Source: Octopus bimaculoides (lineage: Eukaryota). Taken from it: DNA of 40,778 bases. The notes beneath the pieces are model-generated. The model did no database searches. It was not told the origin of the DNA and saw only the letters and a list, made by a program, of their open reading frames with translations. Within the stretch, counting starts at the first letter, position 1. The number at the start of each line of letters is the position of its first letter. The translations under genes and the position numbers were made by a program. Positions 22,199-33,382 of the stretch are shown here, one piece after another. Location of the stretch: the NCBI RefSeq assembly GCF_001194135.2, contig NC_068988.1:23337608-23378385 (forward strand). The letters are read 5' to 3'.

Positions 22199-23107
22199 TC
22201 TGATGCTTGTAATGAAAATGCAAAATCTCAATTAGTAAAATATGCTGGTAATTTGTGTTCTTTCCACCCTGGCTCCGTCAATGATTAAGTTTCATTAAGC
22301 TCTAATAAACGAACTATAGTGTAGTTTAAATTCACAGTTGGTAGTAACACAAACAACAACAACAACAGTACTTGACTGTAACAGCAGTTGGTGGTCTTCA
22401 ATTGTTGCCCTGGTTAACATCATATTCTGACCAAACCCCTGGATACCTTTGAGAGATCCCACTTTTTTCAGAACTAGGAACTTACTTACTTCTACCAGTC
22501 ACAGTGACCCTGAAAAGATAAAGATTTGAGGGTTCCCCTTCCTCCTTTGATTCAGTTATTAACCTTTAACATGCTGGAGGAACATCATGTCACTGCATGA
22601 GTTTTCTCCCTTTTCAATGAGACACAATGTACCTGCTGCTGCTACAGGGGAGAAAACTCTATAGCACTGTAACATGCCTAAGCATGGTAAAGGTTAAAAT
22701 CAACAAAACGAGATGATCTGAGGATCAAACACAAGGTTATTTTGTTATCTTGAAACCATATTTATAGCTTGGTGCTGCTGTGGAACTCTTTTGTAAGGAA
22801 ACTTAACTGATAAGAAAGATCAAGAAGAAGAAGAACCACCATTGTTTTCTGGTTCTCTCAAATTGCTGAGCGAGATATGGTTGCTGTTGGTTTTCTTTTC
22901 TTTTCTTTTCTTCTTCCTTTTTTTATTTGCCTGTTTTCAACGTCTGTAGGATGAATTCCGTAGGGACAGGAAGAAAAAAGAAATCAATAGTTTCTTTATT
23001 GGTTTACCATACTTCTCCAGATATCCAAACAAAATGTACAAAAGCACGAAATTCCAAATAACAATAAATTGAAGCATCAGCTTCCAAAGTATAAATAAAC
23101 ACTACAC

Positions 23108-23268
23108 GTCATCACCATCATCATCATTTGACGTCGATTGTCTATACTGGCATGGGTTGGACGGGGTTTGACCGGGCTGGCTTGCTGGAAAAAACTGCAC
23201 CAGACTCCAGTATGACTTGGCATGGTTTTCTACAGCTGGATGCTCTTCCTAACGCCAACCATTCCAAC
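23108..23268 (-). mobile_element. SINE family C 3' fragment
   Basis: (CAT)n...GGCATGGGTTGGAC...CTACAGCTGGATGCTCTTCCTAACGCCAACC. Confidence 0.8.
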
Positions 23269-23769
23269 TATTGTCGTGGCTATATATTTTAGTTGGTTCT
23301 GAATTTAAACATACATACATACTCGCACCATGCAGCTTGTCTGAGGGTGTTTATACATCCATATTTGTTTACGGTTATTTTTAATACTTTTCTCATTATA
23401 TTGTGTGTTTGTTTCTCTTTTTTTCCTATCTGTGATTTTATTTTTGATCTTCTATATAAATGAAGATTTTTCCTCCATCTGGTTGCTTTTCTCTCTACAA
23501 AATGTGAAGTTACATTGCAAAACTGTTATTTTAACGAGTTGTATTTTAGTATTTTATTTCCCACCCAACGAGATACATCTGCACCACCGGATGCTCCTGA
23601 ACCAGTTGTTGAGTGTCTCACCTATGAGGGATCGATGCTAGATGTGTCGAAACAATTGACGTGATTGATAATAAATTCTCGTATATTCCATCTTCCGTCT
23701 TTCATTTGCCATACACAAACACACACACACGCACACACACACCATATATATACATAATCCATTTAGCAT

Positions 23770-23975
23770 GTAGTCATTGGCAACGGCCACTGGCAACGAC
23801 TACGCTTCGTGCCACAAAACCACAATTGCAGGTAAGGTTTCCATTTAGAGGAGCAGTGTTTTGCAAGCATGCCTTCATGCTTGTACGAAGTTGGTCCTGT
23901 TGCTGGAGTTGACTTTGCTCAAATCTTTGAACTGAAGAGAAGCAGGACTGGCGCCAGGTCCTGCGTTCTCATGCT
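23770..23975 (-). mobile_element. RTE-clade LINE ORF C-terminal remnant
   Basis: A*ERRTWRQSCFSSVQRFEQ, then after a frameshift LQNTAPLNGNLTCNCGFVARS. This matches the DR..WR....G...FE plus terminal Cys-knuckle pattern of RTE/BovB-like ORFs. Confidence 0.65.
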
Positions 23976-23984
23976 TTATTTTCC

Positions 23985-24177
23985 CACAAAGTGGTTGGCA
24001 TCATAAAGGGCATGCAGCTGTAGAAACCTTGCAAATGCAGACTGGGACGTGGTGCAGCTCGTGGTTTTGCCAGTTTTGTCAAACTGCCCAACCTATGACA
24101 GCATGGAAAACAGACATTAAATGGTGATGATAATAATGATGATGACAACGATGGTGATGATGATGATGATGATGACA
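23985..24177 (+). mobile_element. SINE family C 3' fragment
   Basis: GTGGTTGGCATCATAAAGGGCATGCAGCTGTAGAAACC...GCATGGAAAACAGACATTAAA(TGA)n. Confidence 0.8.
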
Positions 24178-24569
24178 ATATCTTTATTTTTCAATGAATA
24201 GCAGTAAATTTTGATTATGATAGTTTCAATATTAAAAACGAAGTAAAAATAAAGAGAGAGAGAGAGAGAGAGAGAGAGACAGTGAGACAGAGACAGTTTA
24301 AAACATAAACAAAATAATAAAAGCAAAATAGAAAAAAAAAATGACTCCTGTCACATGGTGCCAGTTGAAAAGACTTAATGAATGGCATTTGGTTAAAAGA
24401 GACCAAACACAGGATCATTGTGAAGAATTGTTTGACTAACCTATTGAGATGGAGACACAGGATTAACTCTACAGAATTCTTCAAATTGTTCTTTGTGTTG
24501 CAAGACAATCCATTCAAAGGAGATTGTACAAATAAATAGAAGGACACTGCTGTAGAATTTATGCTTTCA

Positions 24570-24572
24570 TAT

Positions 24573-24610
<38 letters not shown>

Positions 24611-24633
24611 GTGTGTGTGTGTGTATGTATATA

Positions 24634-24686
<53 letters not shown>

Positions 24687-25009
24687 ATGTATATATACAC
24701 CCACACATGAGTATACACATACAGGTATGCATAGACATGTTTACGTATGCGACTCTAGGTGAACGTATGAATGCATAAATACCTACCTACACAAGAATCA
24801 TTTACATTATATATAAATATACAATATCTATGGCAAACAAATTTTTACACACCCAAATGTATGTATATGTCTGTATGTATACATACATACATGCATATAT
24901 ATATGTGTGTGTGTGCGTGTGTGTATGTGTTTGCATAAAGGTATGGGACCCGCCCTTCGTCAGTTGTTGACAAATATCATCACCATCATCATCATCATCA
25001 TTTAACGTC

Positions 25010-25095
<86 letters not shown>
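24570..25095. repeat. (CA)n/(TA)n/(TG)n microsatellite blocks
   Basis: Directly visible. Confidence 0.85.
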
Positions 25096-25098
<3 letters not shown>

Positions 25099-25332
25099 CA
25101 TGTATACACACATATACAAACACAAACATATTTTTAATCAACATCATCATCATTGTTGTTGTCATCATGATCATCATCGTCATAATAATCATCAGACATC
25201 ATCATCACCATCATCGTCATCGTCTTTTGTTTTACATTCATATTTCCATGGTGGTATGGGTTAGATGGATCCAACAGCGTCTTCCCATTCATCATGGTTC
25301 TTTATTATCTTGCTACAGACGTGTCAACAGAA

Positions 25333-25368
<36 letters not shown>

Positions 25369-25674
25369 GTCTTCTGAACTTGAGATATAAGGGTACCCTT
25401 CCCGGCTACTCTATAATACCCCTATTCATTTCTTCATAGTCTTCCTTTTTTTATTTTATTTTATTTTAATTATTTTTTTTTTTTTGCCTGGATTTTACTG
25501 ATTGATGCCTTTCACATCACATTCTCTCAATATGGCACCTCTTTGATGCTAATATCAGTTGTGTGTGTGTGTGTGTTTGTGCTTGTCCATACCTGCATGA
25601 CTGAAAATGAGCATCATCATCATCATGCATGCTCATTTCCAGTCTTCTGAAAAGAGCATGTTTAGTTTAGCTAT

Positions 25675-25876
25675 TGGAAGACATTACATTATTTACATTA
25701 CTTACATTTGACGGATATTTGTTCTCATCTTGTTTGTTGTTAACACAACGTTTCGGCTGATATACCCTCGTTGTGTTAACAACAAACAAGATTAGAACAA
25801 ATATCTGTCAAATGTAAATACTGTAAACAATGTACATAATTCCTCATCTCTTAAATATAGAACTGGGAGATATTAC
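25675..25876. mobile_element. Short palindromic derivative of the hammerhead element, folded at stem III, with an imperfect 13-bp TSD
   Basis: Arms ~25700-25749 and 25770-25819 match the outer ends of 2597-3121; same 3' tail ATAATTCCTCATCTCTTAAATATAGAACTG; TGGAAGACATTAC (25675-25687) vs TGGGAGATATTAC (25864-25876), 11/13 identical. Confidence 0.8.
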
Positions 25877-25888
25877 TTTACATTAGTT

Positions 25889-26005
25889 ATAATGGATGGA
25901 TAGGTGGCCGAAATTCCACCAGGGCACCCAATGAAGGCTGGAGAGTACATCAGCCGAAACGTTGTCGTAGCAACAAACAAGGTGAGGACACCTATCCATC
26001 ATTAT
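25889..26005 (+). mobile_element. Diverged hammerhead-module relative bounded by ~17-bp inverted repeats
   Basis: ATAATGGATGGATAGGTG (25889-25906) / CACCTATCCATCATTAT (25989-26005). Inside: CCAATGA-A-GGCTG-GAGAGTACAT-CAGCC-GAAAC-GTT (core mutated, stem II perfect). Confidence 0.65.
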
Positions 26006-26100
26006 CATCATCATCCTCATTGTTTAAAATCCTCTTTCCATACTGGCATGGGTTGGACAGTTTGACTGAGGACCAGTAAGCCAAGAAGCGGCACAAGGCT
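26005..26100 (-). mobile_element. SINE family C 3' fragment
   Basis: TTTCCATACTGGCATGGGTTGGACAGTTTGACTGAGGACC. Confidence 0.7.
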
Positions 26101-26371
26101 ACAATGTGATCATGTCACTTCCAACTTTCTGGCGGAGTGAATTTCATCATGGTGCTGTTTTTCTCACAGATGGTGCCCAACTGACCCTACTATACTGTGT
26201 AGTCAACAAAATCAAAAAGAAATAAAATATAAAATGGCAACAATTTGTCCATCGCACTCTGCATATGTATGTTTGTTTGTATATACGTATATGTATATAT
26301 GTGTGTATGTACATATATGTATACATGCGTGTATATATGTATATGTATATATTTGTGTATATATGTATATA

Positions 26372-26428
<57 letters not shown>

Positions 26429-27584
26429 NNNNNNNNNNNNNNNNNNNNNNNNNNNNNNNNNNNNNNNNNNNNNNNNNNNNNNNNNNNNNNNNNNNNNNNN
26501 NNNNNNNNNNNNNNNNNNNNNNNNNNNNNNNNNNNNNNNNNNNNNNNNNNNNNNNNNNNNNNNNNNNNNNNNNNNNNNNNNNNNNNNNNNNNNNNNNNNN
26601 NNNNNNNNNNNNNNNNNNNNNNNNNNNNNNNNNNNNNNNNNNNNNNNNNNNNNNNNNNNNNNNNNNNNNNNNNNNNNNNNNNNNNNNNNNNNNNNNNNNN
26701 NNNNNNNNNNNNNNNNNNNNNNNNNNNNNNNNNNNNNNNNNNNNNNNNNNNNNNNNNNNNNNNNNNNNNNNNNNNNNNNNNNNNNNNNNNNNNNNNNNNN
26801 NNNNNNNNNNNNNNNNNNNNNNNNNNNNNNNNNNNNNNNNNNNNNNNNNNNNNNNNNNNNNNNNNNNNNNNNNNNNNNNNNNNNNNNNNNNNNNNNNNNN
26901 NNNNNNNNNNNNNNNNNNNNNNNNNNNNNNNNNNNNNNNNNNNNNNNNNNNNNNNNNNNNNNNNNNNNNNNNNNNNNNNNNNNNNNNNNNNNNNNNNNNN
27001 NNNNNNNNNNNNNNNNNNNNNNNNNNNNNNNNNNNNNNNNNNNNNNNNNNNNNNNNNNNNNNNNNNNNNNNNNNNNNNNNNNNNNNNNNNNNNNNNNNNN
27101 NNNNNNNNNNNNNNNNNNNNNNNNNNNNNNNNNNNNNNNNNNNNNNNNNNNNNNNNNNNNNNNNNNNNNNNNNNNNNNNNNNNNNNNNNNNNNNNNNNNN
27201 NNNNNNNNNNNNNNNNNNNNNNNNNNNNNNNNNNNNNNNNNNNNNNNNNNNNNNNNNNNNNNTATAAGCTTTATGCTGGGATGGATGAAAATGTGATCGA
27301 GACAAAAGCGGAGGGAATGACTGAGGTGCTTTTAGACAGTTATGTGACCTAAACCACATGGTTAATGTGTCTTCTTTGCTTGTTATTTGTACGTAATTCT
27401 TTTATATGTGGCATTTTATTTGAAACGTCATTGTCATTGCCGCCACTACCACTCACACCAACACCCTCCTAACCTTAAACGGCACCACCGCCATCATCAT
27501 AATCACCATCATCATCATCATCACTACTGCTGCCGCCATTTACTCGAGTCCATTACCATCTTTACAAAGTCTTGCAGTCTTGCA

Positions 27585-27680
27585 TACATCACCATCATTG
27601 TCATCGTCGTCGTCATCATTTAACATCCGTTTTTCTTGCTGGTATGGGTTGGACGGTTCTACAGGACTGCACCAATCCTT
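27585..27680 (-). mobile_element. SINE family C 3' fragment
   Basis: (CAT)n-TTAACATCCG...GGTATGGGTTGGACGG. Confidence 0.6.
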
Positions 27681-28725
27681 GTGATACCGAAACGTATATA
27701 CACCTGCAAATGCATTAACATACATGCACACACATGCATATATACACACACATGCACTCACACAAACACACACGCTCATACAAACACACACACAGAGAAA
27801 CACATAAACACACACACACATAAGCATGTTTGTGGTGGTGGTACTGCCTAGACTGTCTTTGATCATATACCTGCTCTAATGTAGGAAGAAGTCTCTATTT
27901 ATGCAGAGTACAAAGCAACTTCCTCCCTCCCTCCCTCNNNNNNNNNNNNNNNNNNNNNNNNNNNNNNNNNNNNNNNNNNNNNNNNNNNNNNNNNNNNNNN
28001 NNNNNNNNNNNNNNNNNNNNNNNNNNNNNNNNNNNNNNNNNNNNNNNNNNNNNNNNNNNNNNNNNNNNNNNNNNNNNNNNNNNNNNNNNNNNNNNNNNNN
28101 NNNNNNNNNNNNNNNNNNNNNNNNNNNNNNNNNNNNNNNNNNNNNNNNNNNNNNNNNNNNNNNNNNNNNNNNNNNNNNNNNNNNNNNNNNNNNNNNNNNN
28201 NNNNNNNNNNNNNNNNNNNNNNNNNNNNNNNNNNNNNNNNNNNNNNNNNNNNNNNNNNNNNNNNNNNNNNNNNNNNNNNNNNNNNNNNNNNNNNNNNNNN
28301 NNNNNNNNNNNNNNNNNNNNNNNNNNNNNNNNNNNNNNNNNNNNNNNNNNNNNNNNNNNNNNNNNNNNNNNNNNNNNNNNNNNNNNNNNNNNNNNNNNNN
28401 NNNNNNNNNNNNNNNNNNNNNNNNNNNNNNNNNNNNNNNNNNNNNNNNNNNNNNNNNNNNNNNNNNNNNNNNNNNNNNNNNNNNNNNTATATATATATAT
28501 ATATATATATATAAATCTATCTATCTATCTATCTATCTATCTACCTACCTACTTACCTACCTACCTACCTATATATCTATCTATTTATCTACCTACCTAT
28601 CTAACTATCTATCTATCTAGCTAGCTACCTATTTTTGTTTTGTTTTTTTCTAAAAGAAAAGCTCTACAATTGTATTTGTCCGCTCTGTGTGCAGCCCTGT
28701 GTGGCCAATAAAAGAAAGTTTTTCA

Positions 28726-28757
<32 letters not shown>

Positions 28758-29345
28758 CTTTATGTATCTATCTATTTATCTATTTGTATATATAAAGATG
28801 CATGAGTAAAAGAAAATTTTTGAGACAGATATAAAGTATACAGTGAGAAGTGTTACTGTATCTTTTCAGTTCTCTGGTCAAAGTTTATTGAAATATAATT
28901 AGTTAACGAGCCATTTCTAATTGCAAATTTAAAAACAGAGAGCATAAACTACACAAACAAATTCATTAATATGTTGTTTTGATGTTGCTACTTAGCCTCA
29001 AATCTCTGTGTTGATTGCGTGGCTGTTCTTTGCTGTAAACACTCCCCCCTGTTTTGCTGTTCATTATTGTTTTTCAAGCATTGTCTTTCAATACATTAAC
29101 CAATGTGTCCTTTGTTTTATGAAAGCGTACAGTGGAATTCGAGGCTGATTTGACTGCTATTACTAACAATCCAAGCAAACATATAGACACTCATTTGTTA
29201 GTTCTAATTCTTTAATACTTGTTGTTGGTTAGCTCTGATCTAAGATTTATGTTCAATGGCTTTCCAGATGTGACAGTCTCCTCTGTTTTTCAGATGTACT
29301 ATATGCAAGAGTACTTAATTACCCAAAGTATTCTTTAACTTTGAC

Positions 29346-29687
29346 CTTTTACTCCTTTCAGTCATTAGACTGTGGCCATGCTGGGGGAATTGCCTAGAAG
29401 AATTTTTAGCCTAGTTCTTATTCTATTGGCCTTTTTTGCTGAACTACTATATTATGGGGATGTAAACACACCAACACCGGTTGTCAAGTGGTGAATGGTG
29501 GACACGGACACACACACATACACACACGTGATGGGCTTCTTTCAGTTTCCATCTACGAAATCCACTCACAAGGCTTTGGTCAGCCCACAGCTATAGTAGA
29601 AGACACTTGCCCAAGGTTCCACACAGTGAAACTGAACCCAGAGCCATGTGGTAGGGAAGCAAACTTCTTACCACACAACCATACCTG
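29346..29687 (-). mobile_element. SINE family A, near full length, diverged
   Basis: Reverse complement carries head, CORE-like block, (TG)n and tail. Confidence 0.85.
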
Positions 29688-30883
29688 TTTCTTTTTTCGT
29701 TTTTTTTTTTTTTTTAGCTAGTAGGGCATGGTTGGAAGGAAGTTGTCTTTATTGTTTAGTCTGAGAAATACCTCATACAGATGACTTATGAACAGCAGCT
29801 CTGACCATTGCATCTGTTTCGGGGCAAGCAGAACTGTATTATCTAACATGTCCTTTGGCTACAATCTCTAACACAACATGTGATCATACAAACAACTCCT
29901 CATTGGCTGCAGGAATTCATTAACAGTTGTATTTATTCGTGAAACTATGAAGAGCTAAATTTGTTTGCATTAGTTCCGCTTATCACACAGATATTCTGTT
30001 TATAAACGGCTAAGTAAATGTTACAGCATAATTTTCCGACAATTTATATATTTTGATATGAATTGTAGATGTAATATTATTGTTTATTGATAACAAAATT
30101 CCATTCCCTGCGGTCTTTGGGTTGTTTGTGTTCATTACAATGTTCTTTTGACATGATACAAACCAAACTAATAAACACGCCATTAATAGTAGCGCCATAT
30201 TCTCCTCTTTGACTGCCTTCTTTGGAACACTGGAATTTAAACTTTCTACATCCTCTTCACATTTATTTCTTATCAGAACAAAAGTTTCCTGTTGAGGTTT
30301 TGTATTGTTATTTTTCATCTTTTTGACTTCTGTTTTGTTTTTGTTATTTTTTTTTCTGAATTTGGGAGTGGGTTTTTTCATTTCTCCATCATCTTCCATT
30401 TTCTTGTCCCTTGTTCATTTCTCTAGACAGATGAACAATGGATTTTTATCTGATCATTCAACCTGCTAAAAATAGCAGTCAAATCTCACTCAGATCATGC
30501 TATCTGTCCAATTTAGTAACAGGAACACATCATTGGGTAATGTAGTGTGAGTGAATGCTCCTGATTGGAATGTCTTTGATCTTGGGGTGTCACTTCAGCA
30601 GAATCCCCATTTTTCTTTTTTCTATGGGATCGAGGTGAAAAGGATCATTTGCATATGACTCCATTTGCTGTTTGGAGTGACATGGTCAGTAGAGCAGCCA
30701 CCATTCTGCAATCTCTTCTCATCTTGTGAATGACACAGTTCACTAAAAGGTACATGGCCTCATGGTCAGACTGTTGCATTCATGATTACAATATCGGGGT
30801 TTCAATTCCCGACCCCTTTATGCATTGTTTTCCTGAATATAACACTTCCTTTCATATTACTCCATTTCTTTTCAGTTGTTAGG

Positions 30884-31221
30884 TAAGCGGGCTCCGAAAG
30901 GGGTCTCATGGAGCAGCGTCCCTACCTTCCTGAGCTAGTTTTCCAACACATTTCTTAAGAATCATGGTAGAGGCTTTGGTCTTGGGACCACTCAGTTCTA
31001 GAGACTGAGGTTGGGGGTAAGTACGGGCATGCTCCCTGTAGAAAATCCAGCTCCAAAAAAGCCTCATGATAGCAAAGGAAAACAGGCACCAGCCAACTAG
31101 CCCAAAGGTTGGGGTGGGCTGCATCTGCCTACCTCAGTTGCTATGGCATTGAGGTAGATACGGCCACTCCTGTTAATGGGGACAGTACCCAGATTTAAAA
31201 CACTGGATGATGATGATGATG
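30884..31221 (+). mobile_element. Non-coding retroposon (SINE family D) with the same 3' tail as the RTE LINE at 32865-33262
   Basis: Tail GAGGTAGATACGGCCACTCCTGTTAATGGGGACAG..GATTTAAAACACTGGA(TGA)n at 31151-31221. The 5' boundary is approximate. Confidence 0.65.
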
Positions 31222-31798
31222 TAAATAGGTAACCTTGTATTGAATTATCATGCAAGGGTAAAATGGTGACTTCAGAAAACCACCCAAATAGCAGTCTCGT
31301 GAACCGCATTTTGTATTCAACAATCGAAAGGATGAACAGTACAACCTGTACTGTGTATCTCAACTGGTTGGGATTGGTTGTTCAACCACATCAAAAGGTC
31401 GATTGATAGATAGGTCTGTTCTATCATATTTGGTTATTGGTCTGTCCTATTACATTTGTCCTGTGACTGAACATCAACTGATCTTTCTGGATGCATCAGA
31501 CAGTATATTCTATACATGAATTTGTGTCTATTATGTTGATGAATGACTGTATATTATTTATGAGGTGGAGGCAAACAAGGCTGAGTGGTATTGGTTGTGA
31601 AGCTCCTATCATATCCTAGATTTAGTTTTACAGAATGGCATTTTCTTGGATGAATGTCTTTTAGAAGACTTGGATCTCCGCAAGCCTTGTGAGTGAAACT
31701 GGGTTGATAGATAAGGACGGTGGGGTAGCCTGTAATTTAAGAATAAAAAATGTCTTTCACATTGTATATCATGCTTTATTTGATCTGATAATTATATT

Positions 31799-31890
<92 letters not shown>

Positions 31891-32145
31891 GTGGAGTACT
31901 CAGCCACTTCTCATCAATTACAGGTGTTCTACCTATATTAGAAGCACCTCTTTCATCTTTACGTTCTGATTTCAAATCTTACCAAAGTCATTTTTGGCTT
32001 TCATCCCTCTGGGCTTGATAAAACACTGGTTGGGTTGATGGTATCCACCTACCCCTACCCTATCCACTCAAAATTTCTGGCCCTGTGCCAAAACTTTGAA
32101 AGAATTACCATTTGTTTTTGTTTTTATTATTGTTGTTGTTGTTGT

Positions 32146-32360
32146 TAAGGTAGTGAGCTGAGAGAATCGTTAGCACGCCAGGCAAAATACTTAGCAATCT
32201 GCATGTTCTGAGTTCAAATTCCACCGAGGTCAACTTTGCCTTTCATCCTTTCAGTGTTGACAGAATAAGTACCAGTTGATGACTTGGGGTCAATCTATTC
32301 GACTGCCCCCACCGTCTGTGAAATTGCTGGCATTGTGCCAAAATTTGAAATCATCATTAT
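32146..32360 (+). mobile_element. SINE family B copy following (TTG)n
   Basis: TAAGGTAGTGAGCTGAGAGAATCGTTAGCACGCC...GCCTTTCATCCTTTC...TTGTGCCAAAATTTGAAA. An older fragment precedes it at ~31990-32100. Confidence 0.85.
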
Positions 32361-32864
32361 TGTTGTTGTTTATTGTCAATGCCATCTACATCAAACTACA
32401 ATCCTAATTTTGAATTTTGTTAGATGCCATCCGTTTCATTTCATTGTTTCTAGAGGGAAAGGCACAAAGGTCATCTTGACACTTTCACAATAACAAAAAA
32501 AAAAAAACAAGAGAAAAAAAACAAACTCTCCAAGTTTTAATTACTATGTTAAAGATACTAATTGTTTGTAATGAGTCTACCAATCTAACAAAGAAAGTAG
32601 TTAAGTCAAAAGCTTAAACAAACACCAGTATCCAATTCAGTTGATAAGATTATACTAACTTAGTAAAGTCTCACTTGATAACCTCAACACCACCACTACC
32701 ACCGCCACTACCACAACCATGCTTCCAGATAAATATTGTGAGAATTCTAAAGAAACAATTAGTTAACTAATCAATGACTACTACAAAATTACAGCTTGAA
32801 GTGATTAAAGGAAAAATACCCTATTTTCCAGCATACGGGTCCTGGCAATTTTTTTCTTTTTTTT

Positions 32865-33262
32865 GTCCAATATTTTGAATCCAGGTTTGTCCCCCTTAAC
32901 GGGGGTGGCCGGATCTACCTCACTTCTACAGCAACCGCCCTCTTACCATCTCACCCAGTTTTGAGCGTCTTCCCTCCTCAAGCCAACACCCCAAAATCTC
33001 CTCCTCCACCTGTCCCCTCAACATTTTCTTTGGTTGACCTTTCAAGGTTTATTCACTCTAAACTCAAGCACTCTCCTCAGAACATGATCCTCATCCCTTC
33101 TCAACACATATCCATACCACCACACTCCATTCGCCCTTGCCAGCTGTTTCATCAATTCCTTTTACCCCAGCATCCCCATCAAATCCTTAGCCCTCCTTTT
33201 ATCCAATGGTTTCATACCACACATTGTTCTCTCAATCCTTCTCAAAATTGCCATAACATTTA
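32865..33262 (-). mobile_element. RTE-clade LINE 3' end (ORF C-terminus plus 3' UTR)
   Basis: AILRRIERTMCGMKPLDKRRAKDLMGMLG*KELMKQLARANGVWWYGYVLRRDEDHVLRRVLEFRVNKP*KGQPKK matches the RW.GHV.R...R.....G.R.RGRP.. motif of RTE-type ORFs. Confidence 0.85.
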
Positions 33263-33343
33263 TTAATTCCTCTCTCTCTCTAGAACTTTCTTCTGCTGCT
33301 ATTGTTGTTCTTGTTTTTAGCAAACTAATTACTTTTCTCAAAA

Positions 33344-33382
33344 ACTAATTAATGTTTTCGTTTTCTTTTATTTCAGGTAAGT
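33344..33382 (+). other. Candidate recursive splice site (branch point, polypyrimidine tract, CAG|GTAAGT)
   Basis: ACTAAT at 33344-33349, then GTTTTCGTTTTCTTTTATTTCAG ending at 33376, immediately followed by GTAAGT at 33377-33382. Confidence 0.45.

Noticed and set aside
23768-23837. Plus-strand exon ending CAG|GTAAGG
   Set aside because: Explained as the antisense of the RTE LINE remnant on the minus strand.
25341-25367. Poly(A) run as a processed-pseudogene tail
   Set aside because: No upstream AATAAA, coding remnant or TSD found.
30861-30888. Second AG|GTAAG site (TTCAG-TTGTTAG|GTAAGC)
   Set aside because: Lies at the junction between an old SINE remnant (~30750-30870) and the family D element, so it is probably created by repeat boundaries; no branch-point motif seen.
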